Origin: a bacterium
GTDB taxonomy: Bacteria; UBA8248; JACPRG01; G963555815
Assembly: GCA_965261595.1 (NCBI GenBank)
Contig: CBDHDG010000007.1
Coordinates: forward strand, 544,001 to 608,000
Direction of reading: 5' to 3'
Length of the DNA: 64,000 bases
Shown here piece after piece: positions 30,995 to 41,052 of the stretch. The notes beneath the pieces are model-generated. The model worked only from the letters and a program-made list of their open reading frames with translations, was not told where the DNA came from and searched no databases. Numbering within the stretch: the stretch's first letter is position 1; each line of letters opens with the position of its first letter. The position numbers and the translations under genes were made by a program.

Positions 30995-31855
30995 ATGTGG
31001 CGACAATTTGAATACCATGAACCCGCCACCGTGGAAGAGACCTGCGACCTCCTGGCCCGGCACGGGGACGAAGCCCTGATCCTCGCCGGCGGAACGGCGC
31101 TGTTGAAGCTCATGAAGCTCCGCATCGCGCGCCCGGCCGTCCTCCTGAACGTCAAGAAAATCCCCGACCTGGGCTACGTCGAAAACTCGAACGGCGGGAC
31201 GCTGCGCATCGGCGGCCTCGCCATCTACCGGACCCTGGAAAGAGGCGGCCACGGCCGTGAATACCTGGCGCACGTCGCGAGCGACGTCGGATCCGTCCAG
31301 GTGCGGAACATCGCGACGGTCGCCGGGGCGCTCTGCCTGGCCGAGCCGTCCTCGGACATCGGTCCGGTCCTGATGACCCTGGACGCCGAGGTCGAGCTGA
31401 CCTCCCAATCGGGAAAACGGGCCGTTCCCATCAACGACTTCTTCGAAGACGCCTTCGAGACCCGGAGAGAGCCGGAAGAGATGATGACGGAGATCCGGGT
31501 CCCCCCTCTCCCGGAAGGGGCCGGCTGGGACTACCAGAAATTCTGCCTGCGGCGCGGGTTCGACATCGCCGTCGTGGGGGTCGCGGCGGTGGTGGAGCGG
31601 GACGGCGACACCGTCCGATCCGCCCGAATCGCCGTCGGGGCCGCGCGGCCGACGCCCTTCCGGCATCCCGAAGCGGAAGCCATGCTCTCCGGCCAGACCT
31701 TTTCCGAGGATCTGTGCCGGGCGGCGGCCGAAAAGGTGGCGGACGGACTGGACGGGATCACCGATGTCCGCGCCTCCGGCAAGTATCGCGTTCACCTGAC
31801 CCGGGTCCTCGTCCGGCGCGCCCTCGAGGCGGCCTTCCAGCGCGCCTCGGGCTGA
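30995..31855 (+). CDS. Mo-hydroxylase FAD-binding medium subunit (CoxM/CutM-like)
   Basis: LAGGTAL, QVRNIATVAG, DVRASGKYR motifs. Confidence 0.93.
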   Translation: MWRQFEYHEPATVEETCDLLARHGDEALILAGGTALLKLMKLRIARPAVLLNVKKIPDLGYVENSNGGTLRIGGLAIYRTLERGGHGREYLAHVASDVGSVQVRNIATVAGALCLAEPSSDIGPVLMTLDAEVELTSQSGKRAVPINDFFEDAFETRREPEEMMTEIRVPPLPEGAGWDYQKFCLRRGFDIAVVGVAAVVERDGDTVRSARIAVGAARPTPFRHPEAEAMLSGQTFSEDLCRAAAEKVADGLDGITDVRASGKYRVHLTRVLVRRALEAAFQRASG

Positions 31856-31868
31856 TTTCGGAGGAGCC

Positions 31869-32363
31869 ATGCGGAAAGACATCGAGATCACGGTCAACGG
31901 CGAGGTCCAGGATATCAACATCCCGGTCCACGCCACGCTGCTTCACGTCCTGCGCTACGACCTCGGTCTCACCGGTACCAAAGAGGGCTGCGGCCAGCAC
32001 GAGTGCGGGGCCTGCACGGTCCACATGGACGGCCTGCCCGTCTGCTCGTGCTCGATCCTCGCCGTGGACGCCGACCGAAAGAGCGTGACGACCATCGAGG
32101 GCCTCGTTCAGGACGGCAAGCTTCACCCGCTTCAGGAGACCTTCGTGAAATACGGGGCCATCCAGTGCGGCTACTGCACGCCCGGCCAGATCATGTGCGG
32201 CGTGGCCCTGCTGAACGAAAACCCCAGCCCCACCGACGCCGAAGTCCGCCTGTGGATGTGCGGCAACCTGTGCCGCTGCACCGGATACCAGAAAATCCGA
32301 GAGGCCATCCACGAGGCCGGCAAGACCCTCTCGGGGGGAGGGGGGGGGAGCGAATCGGCATGA
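31869..32363 (+). CDS. Mo-hydroxylase (2Fe-2S)-binding small subunit (CoxS/CutS-like)
   Basis: GTKEGC..ECGACTV, QCGYCTPG, GNLCRCTGY motifs. Confidence 0.95.
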   Translation: MRKDIEITVNGEVQDINIPVHATLLHVLRYDLGLTGTKEGCGQHECGACTVHMDGLPVCSCSILAVDADRKSVTTIEGLVQDGKLHPLQETFVKYGAIQCGYCTPGQIMCGVALLNENPSPTDAEVRLWMCGNLCRCTGYQKIREAIHEAGKTLSGGGGGSESA

Positions 32364-34687
32364 GCGAATTCTCCGTCATCGGCACGCGGGCCTCCAACAT
32401 CGAGGCCGCCGAAAAGTCGCGGGGCGGCGGGCGGTACGTCTCGGACCAGATCCTCCCCGGCATGCTCTGGGGAAAGATCCTCCACAGCCCTTTTCCCCAC
32501 GCGAAAATCCTAAACATCGACACCTCCCGCGCGGAAGCGCTGCGCGGCGTCCGGGCGGTCGTCACCGCGGCGGACACCCTCAAGAGAACCTACGGCGCCA
32601 TCCAGCCCGACGAACCCATCCTGGCGGTGGACAAGGTCCGGTTCGCGGGAGATGAAGTCGCGGCCGTGGCCGCGGCCGACCCCGACACGGCGGAAGAGGC
32701 CCTGGAGCTCATCCAGGTCGAGTACGACCCCCTGCCCACATACGGAAACATGGAAGAAGCCCTGGCGGCCGGCGGGGCCGGGGGGGAGGGGGGCGAGCCC
32801 ATCCACGAGGACAAACCCGACAACATCGCCTACAACCTGAACCTCACCCGGGGGGACGTGGACGCGGCCATGGCCGCGGCGGACGTGATCATCGAAAACG
32901 AGGTCCGCACCTCCCTGGTTCACCAGGCCTACATGGAGCCCATCGCGGCCGTGGCCGATTGGGCGCCGGGCGGCAGGCTCACCCTTCACGCCTCGGTTCA
33001 GAACCCCGGGATGGTCCGCTTCGTCTACGGGCCGGCCTTGGGCATCGACCCGGCCGACATCCGGATCATCCAGTCTTTCATCGGCGGCGCCTTCGGCTCC
33101 AAGTTCGAGCACAGCGTCCACCTCATCGCCGCCCTCCTCTCCCGCAAGACGGGCAAGCCCGTCCGCCTCGTCTATACGCGGGAAGAAGAGTTCCTGGCCG
33201 CGCGCCCCCGCCTGCCCATGAACCTTTCCGTGCGCCTGTGCGGGATGAAGGACGGGACGATCACGGCCAAGGCCATGGACTTCATCGCCGACAACGGGGC
33301 CTACAGCGATTACGGCGTCGCCATCGCCGGGACCACCGCCTACCGGATGGACCAGTGCTACCGCGTCCCGAACCTCCGCTCCAACCTCCGGCTGGTCTAC
33401 ACCAACCGCGCCCCGACCGGGGCCTACCGGGGATTCGGCAACCCGCAGGGAAACCTGGCCCTGGACACCTCGATCGACATGTTCGCCGAGGAGATCGGCC
33501 TGGACCCGGCCGAGGTGAGGCTGAAGAACATCGTCCGGACGGGCGACGTCACCTCCTTCGGATGGAAGATGAACAGCGCCGGGGGGGCCGAATGCATCGA
33601 GAAGTCCGTCGAGGCGTCGGGCTGGGCGGAAAAGCGGAAGCGGTTCGCCGGGCAGACCGGAACGAAGAAACGCGGCATCGGGATCTCGGCCTGCATCCAC
33701 GTCTCCGGCAACCGGGGGATCTTCAAAGAGTTCGACGGCTCCTCGGCCATCCTCAGGCTCTCGGAAAACGGCAAGCTTCTCGTCATCTCCGGCGAGGTGG
33801 ACTACGGCCAGGGCAGCCGGACGGTCATGGCCCAGGTGGCGGCCGAGGTCATGGGCATGCCGCTGGAGGACGTGTCGGTCTCCAATGTAGATACGGACGT
33901 GACGCCGCTCTGTCTCGGCGCGTTCGCGACGCGGACGACGACGGTCGCGGGCCTCGCGGTCATCGACGCGGCCTCCAAAGTCAGGAAGGATCTCCTGGAA
34001 ATCGCCGCGGAGCTTCTCGAGGCGTCCCCTGAGGATCTCGATATCCGGGACGGCCGGGTGTTCGTCCGCTCGGCCCCGGACCGGACCCGGTCCGTCCGGG
34101 AAGTCGCCCACCACGCCGTTTTCATGAAGAACGCCGGCAACCCCATCGTCCAAAAGGGCGAGTACAACGCCGACAAGGCGGGGGTCGAGTATCCCGATCC
34201 CGTCACGAAGCACGGGAACCTGTCCACGGCGTATCCCTTCGCGGCCCACGTCGCCGAGGTCGAGGTGGACGAGGAGACCGGCACGGTTCACGTCGTCGGC
34301 TTCTGGGGGGCGCACGACGTCGGACGGGTCATCAATCATCTGATGGCGGAAGGCCAGGTCGAAGGCGGGTTCGCCCAGGGGATGGGTTACGCCCTCATGG
34401 AAGACCTCCGGTACTCGGACGGGATCGTCGAGAACCCCAACTTCTACGACTACCGCATCCCGACCCAGTTGGATGTGCCCGATCGCATCGAGTCCCTCTG
34501 GGTGGAAACCAACGACCCGCTTGGCCCCTTCGGCGCGAAGGGGATCGGCGAACCGAGCCTGGTGCCCGTGGCGGCGGCCATCACGAACGCGATCCACAAC
34601 GCCGTCGGCATCCGCATCCACGATATGCCCTTCTCCCCCGAGAAGGTCCTCGCGGCCTTGGAGGCGCAAGCCTCGAACGGCGGGTAG
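32360..34687 (+). CDS. Xanthine dehydrogenase family molybdopterin-binding large subunit
   Basis: HQAYMEP, GGAFGSK, AYRGFG, GAKGIGE motifs; ATGA overlap with the small subunit gene. Confidence 0.95.
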   Translation: MSEFSVIGTRASNIEAAEKSRGGGRYVSDQILPGMLWGKILHSPFPHAKILNIDTSRAEALRGVRAVVTAADTLKRTYGAIQPDEPILAVDKVRFAGDEVAAVAAADPDTAEEALELIQVEYDPLPTYGNMEEALAAGGAGGEGGEPIHEDKPDNIAYNLNLTRGDVDAAMAAADVIIENEVRTSLVHQAYMEPIAAVADWAPGGRLTLHASVQNPGMVRFVYGPALGIDPADIRIIQSFIGGAFGSKFEHSVHLIAALLSRKTGKPVRLVYTREEEFLAARPRLPMNLSVRLCGMKDGTITAKAMDFIADNGAYSDYGVAIAGTTAYRMDQCYRVPNLRSNLRLVYTNRAPTGAYRGFGNPQGNLALDTSIDMFAEEIGLDPAEVRLKNIVRTGDVTSFGWKMNSAGGAECIEKSVEASGWAEKRKRFAGQTGTKKRGIGISACIHVSGNRGIFKEFDGSSAILRLSENGKLLVISGEVDYGQGSRTVMAQVAAEVMGMPLEDVSVSNVDTDVTPLCLGAFATRTTTVAGLAVIDAASKVRKDLLEIAAELLEASPEDLDIRDGRVFVRSAPDRTRSVREVAHHAVFMKNAGNPIVQKGEYNADKAGVEYPDPVTKHGNLSTAYPFAAHVAEVEVDEETGTVHVVGFWGAHDVGRVINHLMAEGQVEGGFAQGMGYALMEDLRYSDGIVENPNFYDYRIPTQLDVPDRIESLWVETNDPLGPFGAKGIGEPSLVPVAAAITNAIHNAVGIRIHDMPFSPEKVLAALEAQASNGG

Positions 34688-34821
34688 AATCAAGACCGCG
34701 GGGGGTGCTTTTTGAAAGGTGCCCCCCCGCTTCCCTCCCAAGGGTTGGGAACCCCCCCCGCAAAACTTTCATTTCGCGAAAAGGGGCGGCGCTTTTAGCG
34801 CCGCCCCTTTTCGCAAGAAGC
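34541..34821 (+). repeat. Direct repeat A (3' end of Mo-hydroxylase L gene plus two hairpins)
   Basis: Near-identical copy at 36898-37157. Confidence 0.9.
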
Positions 34822-35009
34822 CGATTGACCGGTCCGGGCGTAGTGCCCATGGGTTGAAAAATCCGTGGGCGACCCGCCACTGCGGGTAAACAGGAACTTT
34901 CCTTCGTAGCGACTGTCTACCTCGTTAAGGGTGAATTGCTTTGGGCTGCCATGGTTGCCCGGTTCGGACCATGGCATTGACGTTCCGCTACACTCCGCCG
35001 AACAAGGCG

Positions 35010-35249
35010 ACCGGTGTGATCCCTGCGCAAGCGGAGTTCACACAAGGGCAATGACGAAGCCTCCAAACCTGCTGGAAAAGCTCGTTTACCCACAGGGATG
35101 GCATGATTTTCCAATGGCGATACCACTCAGGCCAGGCTTTCTTGTACACCAAACCTTGTTGACAGGTCTGGTGGTGAGGGGTCTAATCGACGTAACCAGC
35201 AACAATTGGTGGGTGCGGGCTCGCCCGAATTTGAAACGGGAAATTCCGG
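35010..35249 (+). mobile_element. Remnant right end of an IS1380-family element with outward promoter
   Basis: Homologous to 2877-3090 (GCGGAGTYCACACAAGGGCA..ATGACGAAG.CTCCAAACCTG); TTGACA-N17-TCTAAT at 35159-35187; IRR-like GGGAAATTCCGG at the end. Confidence 0.7.
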
Positions 35250-35376
35250 ATCATTGCGTTTTCGCTTCGAACGTTCGGGTCATGCCATGGAGTGACCTTG
35301 CTGTCGGATGGGGTTTGGGAAACCCTCCATGGGTCAAGCGCCCGGCTTCCCGAAGGACCGACAAGGCCTATTCGAA

Positions 35377-36898
35377 ATGACTTCGAATTCTGTGGATGAT
35401 CCAGACTTCGGCCCTTCCGAGAAATTAAAAGTCCTCCTTGTGGAAGACGAAGAGTACGCCGGGAGGTTCATCCCTTGGTCATCCTGGACTGGGTTCTGCC
35501 CGGGATGAGCGGTGTGGAATTGTGCCGCCACATGCGTGAAGAACCATACGGCGAAACCAGTGTCATTTTGATGGTCACCGTCCGCAATCATCCCGATGAG
35601 CTTCAGGAAATCCTCGAGGCGGGGGCCGACGATTACCTGTCCAAGCCGGTCAATCTCGGCCTGTTGGACGTCCGGCTCACCATTGCCGAACGGGGGGTGA
35701 AGAACCATGCCTTGCGGAAACAAGTGGAAAAGGAAAGGAGGCATCTGGAGGCGCAGATCCAGCACACCCAAAAACTGGACGGTCTGGGTGTCTTGGCCGG
35801 AGGCATCGCGCACGACTTCAACAACCTGCTCACGAGCATCGTCGCCTATGCGGGTATGGCCAGGATGGAATTGCCTTCGGATTCACCCGTCCGGCCGAAC
35901 ATCGAGCAGATCGAAACCGCGGGTCAGCGCGCCGCTGAGCTCACCAATCAACTGTTGACCTATTCGGGGAAGAGACAGTCCGTCAAGGAGCCGCTCGATC
36001 TTTCCCACCTCATCGATGAAATGGGGCATCTTCTGAAAACCGTCATCTCCAAGGGCGCCGTCCTCGAATATCACTTCCGCGACGATCTTCCCGCAATCAA
36101 AGGGGACAGCTCACAGGTTTGCCAGGTGGTCATGAGCCTGATCACCAACGCCTCCGAAGCCCTCGGGGAAAAGAACGGCATCATCCGAATAAGCTCCGGG
36201 ATCCTGGAGGCTGATCGTCCTATCTCTCCGAAATCCTTCTCGGTGAGGACTTGCCCGATGGTCGTTACGTATTCCTGGAGGTCTCCGACACCGGGGTCGG
36301 GATGGATGAGGAGATCAAATCGAGGATCTTCGATCCCTTCTTCACGACAAAATCCACAGGACACGGGTTGGGTCTGGCCACACTGTTCGGAATTATCCGT
36401 GGGCACCAAGGGGCCATTGAGGTTCAAAGCGAGCCCGGCCGCGGCACCTCGTTCAAGGTGCTGTTCCCCTGCATGGAGGCGCCCGGAACCGTCCGCGCCG
36501 AAACTTCCAGCAAGGTCCAGGACTGGCGGGGAAGCGGCGCCATCCTCGTCATTGACGACGAGGAAGGGGTGCGTGCGGTCCTCAAGATAATGCTGGAAAA
36601 ATTCGGATTCACTACCCTGACCGCGAGTGACGGACCGGAGGGCGTAGAGATTTTCCGGAGGCACGTGGACGAGATCAGAGCGGTCGTCCTCGATTTGACC
36701 ATGCCGCACATGAACGGCGAAGCGGTATTCAAGGAAATCCGCCGCATCCACCCCCAAGCGTGCGTGCTCCTATCCAGCGGCTACACCGAAGAGGACACCT
36801 CCAAACGATTCGCCGGAGACAGCCCGGCCGGCTTCATCCAGAAACCCTACGGACCCATGACCCTCATCAAAATGTTGCGAGAGGTATTCCAAGAGTAG
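35377..36898 (+). pseudogene. Hybrid sensor histidine kinase (REC-HisKA-HATPase-REC), frameshifted with N-terminal REC deletion
   Basis: KVLLVED.., LDWVLPGMSG, AGGIAHDFNNLL, DTGVGM..FDPFFTTK..GLGL, C-terminal REC; split over three frames. Confidence 0.85.
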
Positions 36899-37157
36899 GG
36901 ATCGGCGAGCCGAGCCAGGCGCCCGTGGCGGCGGCCATCACGAACGCGAGCCACAACGCCGTCGGCATCCGCATCCACGATATGCCCTTCTCCCCCGAGA
37001 AGGTCCTCGCGGCCTTGGAGGCGCAAGCCTCGAACGGCGGGTAGAATCAAGACCGCGGGGGGCGCTTTTTGAAAGGCGCCCCCCCGCTCCCCCCCGCAAA
37101 ACTTTTGTTTGGCGAAAAGGGGCGGCGCTTTTAGCGCCGCCCCTTTTCGCAAGAAGC
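36898..37157 (+). repeat. Direct repeat B (duplicate of the L-gene 3' end and downstream hairpins)
   Basis: Matches 34541-34821 apart from a few SNPs and a ~20-bp indel. Confidence 0.9.
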
Positions 37158-37325
37158 AATTGTGTCATTTCTAGGCGCGGACGGGAAATCCAGGCCATCG
37201 GCGATGACGCCCGCTTCTGTAGGTCAATCACCCTATTTTCCGGATCTCAAAAGTAATGACCCATTGATTTTATTGCGATTCCGCCTTTGGGTTTGAATCG
37301 TACTTTTACATTGTTTAACCGCTCC

Positions 37326-38730
37326 TGGACCGCCCCTGGGTTATTGGACACTCGGGTGAGGGTATTCGACCTCATGCGGCCTCCGCAACTTGAGCGAGTT
37401 TTTCCTGCCTTGCCTGGGCCGGCGTTCGGTAGCCGTAGCCCTCGAGAATCCAATGATGGTTGTACAGGTTCTTGAACTCAAGCAGCGCCCACCGCAGTTC
37501 CTCTACGGTGGCGAAAGAGCGCACCCACAGGAGATTCTCCTTCAAGATGCGGATAAACCACTCACAGTAGCCATTTCCCTCGGGCGCCCGCACGAAGCTG
37601 GGCGAACTGGTCATGCCCAGGTAGGCGATCTCCCGCTGAAAGTCATCGGACAGATAGGCGGGGCCGTGGTCGTGACGAACTTTAAGCCCCTCGGCGACGT
37701 CCGCCTCCAAGCCGGCGAAGCGCTCGGCGACCCCCTGCCGGATCGGCTCCAGGGCCTCGAAGCGGTTGCCGCTCTTGGCCGCATGGATCCCCACGCAGTC
37801 CACCGAGCAGTGATCCACCGCCACGAACACCGAGGCCATCCCCTCCTCGGTGGTCACCGTCGTCGTCATGTCCGTGCCCCACATTCGGTCGGGCCGCTCG
37901 GTGCGGATGGTCCCGTTGTGGGCCTTGGGACCTCGGGGTTTGCCCACCCGGTGGGGGGCCTGAAGCCCCGCCTCCCGCATCAGGCGACGCACCCGCTCCT
38001 TGCTGGTGCGGATGCCCGCGAAGCGCAGCCTCGCCCACACCTTGCGGTAGCCCTCGCCATGGAAGGGAGAGTCCTCCAGGACCTGCCGGATGTGGCCGAG
38101 GAGTTCCGCATCGGTGCACGGGCCCACAGGGCCGCGCTTATTGGGCGTGGGGCGTTCATGAACGGGGACCGCCTCTCGCCGCCGTTGCGCGTAGACCGTG
38201 GAGCGCGCCAAGCCCCAAAGGGCGCACACCCGCTTCAGGCCGTAGGCTCTGCCCGTGGAGGTGAAGCGGGCCTGACTCATCGCCTCCACCTCCTGCCGGC
38301 TAAAGGGCGGCCGGCCTCCAGGCGGTCGATCTTCTCCCGCAGGACCTCGCCCTCCATCGTGAGTTCGCCCACCTTGGCCTTGAGCCGGGCGTTCTCCTCG
38401 TCCCGCTCATCCGCCGGGCGGGCTTTGAGCGCCGCCTCGCCCGCGCGAAGGAACGCCTCGCGCCAGGCGGAAAGCCGAGCCGCTGTCGTGCCCAACTCGC
38501 GGCAGAGCGTCTCCAGGCTCTCGCCCCGCAAAAGACGCAGGACCGCCTCCCGCTTGCGCCTGGCAGGAGAACCGACCCCGCTCACTGCGATGCCCTGGGG
38601 CCTTGGCTCCGTTCGCCCTGCGGGCGCCCTCCGCCAAAGCCCCCTCTTGCTTTTGTTCGTTCATCGCGACACCCCTTTCTCCATGAATCATGGATCAATC
38701 GAGTGTCCAACAAAACCCTAGAGCGGGGGA
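37326..38730 (-). mobile_element. IS3-family insertion sequence, copy 3 (orfB 37372-38289; orfA has a +1 C frameshift near 38560)
   Basis: Near-identical to the other copies, 1405 bp; TSD CTCC (37322-37325/38731-38734). Confidence 0.92.
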
Positions 38731-38967
38731 CTCCACCCTCCGGAAAAGACATCGCCGCACCGTTCCCTGTCCCAATCCAAACAATTTTTCATTCCAGCGG
38801 GTGCAATCCATTTATCGAAATTAATACGAAATCAATCTCCCGGCAACCCTTTTTTCGATCCGAGTGGAAGAGCGGGACCTCCTAATCGGCAAACCAATGC
38901 CGGGCGGGGACCCTCCACCTCCGCGGAATGCAGGCTTGGACCCACCTGGAGTTGACCCGGTTTGGTT

Positions 38968-39089
38968 GACACCATATTTATTTGGGAATTAAGTATGGTG
39001 TCCCCTTAATTTCCCTCCCCTTAATTTCCCCGAATCTAGGGACACCATACTTATTTCTCAAAAGTGAAGAATCCAGTATGGTGTCCCTG
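38968..39089. repeat. GGGACACCATACTTATT/AATTAAGTATGGTGTCCCC inverted repeat cluster
   Basis: Four copies in alternating orientation plus CCCCTTAATTTCCC twice. Confidence 0.8.
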
Positions 39090-39140
39090 GAATCCTTCCG
39101 GGTGACCTGGGGCCGGACGCTGTTTAAGTAAGGAAGGCCG

Positions 39141-39461
39141 GTGGCGAACGAAGAGCATCTCGCCATGCTCAAAGAAGGCATTGGCGTCTGGCTTGAATGG
39201 CGGCAAAATCACCCTGACATCAGGCCGGACCTCAACGGGGCGGACCTCGGATGGGAGAACCTCGGCTGGACGGACCTCCGAGGGGCGGACCTCGGCGACG
39301 AGAACCTCCAGGAGGCCAACCTCGAAGGGGCCTTCCTCCAGGGGGCCAACCTCCGCGGGGCCGACTTGAGGAATGTTGAAGGACTCACCAAAGAGCAAAT
39401 CGAGTCGGCGGACATAGACGACGAAACCAAACTCCCGGACGGGCTCAGACCGTCCGAATGA
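39141..39461 (+). CDS. Pentapeptide repeat protein
   Basis: MANEEHL..L..G..W..WR N-cap and A(D/N)LxG repeats; AAGGAAGG RBS. Confidence 0.88.
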   Translation: MANEEHLAMLKEGIGVWLEWRQNHPDIRPDLNGADLGWENLGWTDLRGADLGDENLQEANLEGAFLQGANLRGADLRNVEGLTKEQIESADIDDETKLPDGLRPSE

Positions 39462-39606
39462 TCCACCCCGTGATTCCGAACCGACCTCAGTCTGAGTGAG
39501 AAGGGTATGTTTGAGATCGGCAAGACCTGCAAGGTCAACGTCAAGTCCGGCCGGGCCGATGGGCCGGGTGATCTCGAGTTGCACGAGGTTTGAGTGAGGA
39601 GGGCCA

Positions 39607-39942
39607 GTGGTGAACGAAGAGCATCTCGTCAAGCTCACAGAAGGCGTTAACGTCTGGAATGAATGGCGGAAGAATTCCCCTGACATCAGGCCGGACCTCA
39701 GGGGGGCGAAGCTAAAGGGTGTCAACCTCAGGGGGGCGGAGCTAAAGGGTGTCAACCTCCAAGGGGCCCAACTCCAAGAGGCCAACTTCCGGTGGGGCCA
39801 ACTCCAGGGGGCCAACCTCTGTGGGGCCAACCTCCAGGGGGCCGACTTGAGGGATGTTGAAGGACTCACCAAAGGGCAAATCGAGTCGGCGCGCATAGAC
39901 GACAAAACCAAACTCCCGGACGGGCTCAGACCGTCCGAATGA
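39607..39942 (+). CDS. Pentapeptide repeat protein (tandem paralog)
   Basis: Same N-cap and near-identical C-terminus (TKLPDGLRPSE). Confidence 0.88.
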   Translation: MVNEEHLVKLTEGVNVWNEWRKNSPDIRPDLRGAKLKGVNLRGAELKGVNLQGAQLQEANFRWGQLQGANLCGANLQGADLRDVEGLTKGQIESARIDDKTKLPDGLRPSE

Positions 39943-40035
39943 TCCGAACGGTGATTCCGAACTATTGAAGATGGCATAAATTTTGTCCTACTCGGAGCGG
40001 TTCAACGAATAGTCCGGAGGATTCGCCGACACTTA

Positions 40036-40174
40036 TGGGGCGGGTACGGAGCCCCGCCCCTACGCGCGATTGTACAATGGACATGTAGGGGCTGGGCGCG
40101 AGTCGGTTGACTCCTGTACCGGCCCTTTCACGCGATCCGCAGATAGGTCATTGATAATACAGGGATCAATAGCC
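40036..40174. repeat. GTAG-type REP-like hairpin plus ~93-bp dispersed repeat
   Basis: GGGGCGGGTACGGAGCCCCGCCCCTAC (40037-40063); 40081-40174 matches 58017-58109. Confidence 0.8.
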
Positions 40175-40206
40175 TCCGTTTGAGTGAGAAGGGTTTTGGC
40201 TCGGCC

Positions 40207-41052
40207 CTACAAGACGCTTCGCAGGTATTCCCTGAACGGCCCCGCCAGCTCCGGACGGCTCAGGGCGACCCGGGTGATCGCCTTGAGGTAGCCGAGGGGC
40301 TTGCCCACGTCCAGCCGTTCGTCCCGGGAGATCTTCGCCGCCACCCGGCCCCGCGCGGCGAGACGGTTGATGGCGCGGGGCTGGACGACTTCCGGGTCCG
40401 GCGTGTCGTCCCAGCAGGCGCGGATGGCCGGGAAAATCTCCCGCGTGAACAGATACCGCCCCAGGACGCCGTACCGGCTCGGGGCGTTATCGCGGCCCGG
40501 CTTCTCGACGATTCTCCGGATGCGCGCCGGGTCCTTCCGGAAATCCCCCTCGACCAGCGCCAGGTGGTCCAACTCCGATTCCTCGCACCGAAAGAGCGAA
40601 AGGACCGTCTTTCCGGTCTTCTTGTGGGCTTGGATCAGGGTCCGGGTCAACGGTGTGCGGGAAAGGACCACGTCGTCCGGGTGCGCCGCGACGAAGGGCT
40701 CTTTTCCAACGAACGACTCGCAGCAAAGAAGGGCGTCCGCCGTCCCGAGCATTTCCTTTTGCCGGACAAACGTGATCGACGCCTCGGGCGGCTCGATCTT
40801 CGCCAGCAGGTCCTTCCGCCGCTTCGCCTTGAGGGAGGCCTCCAGCTCGATCTCCCGGTCGAAGTAATCCTCCAGGGCCTTCTTGCGCCGGTTGGTGACG
40901 ATCAGGATCTCCCGGACGCCGGACCGAATGAATTCCTCCACGATCAACTGAATGGCGGGCGTATCCACCAGCGGCAGCAGCTCTTTCGGGACTGTTTTCG
41001 TGACCGGAAGGAGCCGGGTTCCGTATCCCGCGGCCAGAATCACGCCCTTCAT
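40207..41052 (-). CDS. galU: UTP-glucose-1-phosphate uridylyltransferase-like nucleotidyltransferase
   Basis: AAGYGTRLLPVTKTVPKELLP, RQKEMLGTADA, IVEKP, GRYLF motifs. Confidence 0.8.
   Translation of the reverse strand: MKGVILAAGYGTRLLPVTKTVPKELLPLVDTPAIQLIVEEFIRSGVREILIVTNRRKKALEDYFDREIELEASLKAKRRKDLLAKIEPPEASITFVRQKEMLGTADALLCCESFVGKEPFVAAHPDDVVLSRTPLTRTLIQAHKKTGKTVLSLFRCEESELDHLALVEGDFRKDPARIRRIVEKPGRDNAPSRYGVLGRYLFTREIFPAIRACWDDTPDPEVVQPRAINRLAARGRVAAKISRDERLDVGKPLGYLKAITRVALSRPELAGPFREYLRSVL

Noticed and set aside
38968..39089. Possible CRISPR array (also 14240-14315)
   Set aside because: Repeats alternate in orientation, spacing is irregular and short, and no cas genes are present
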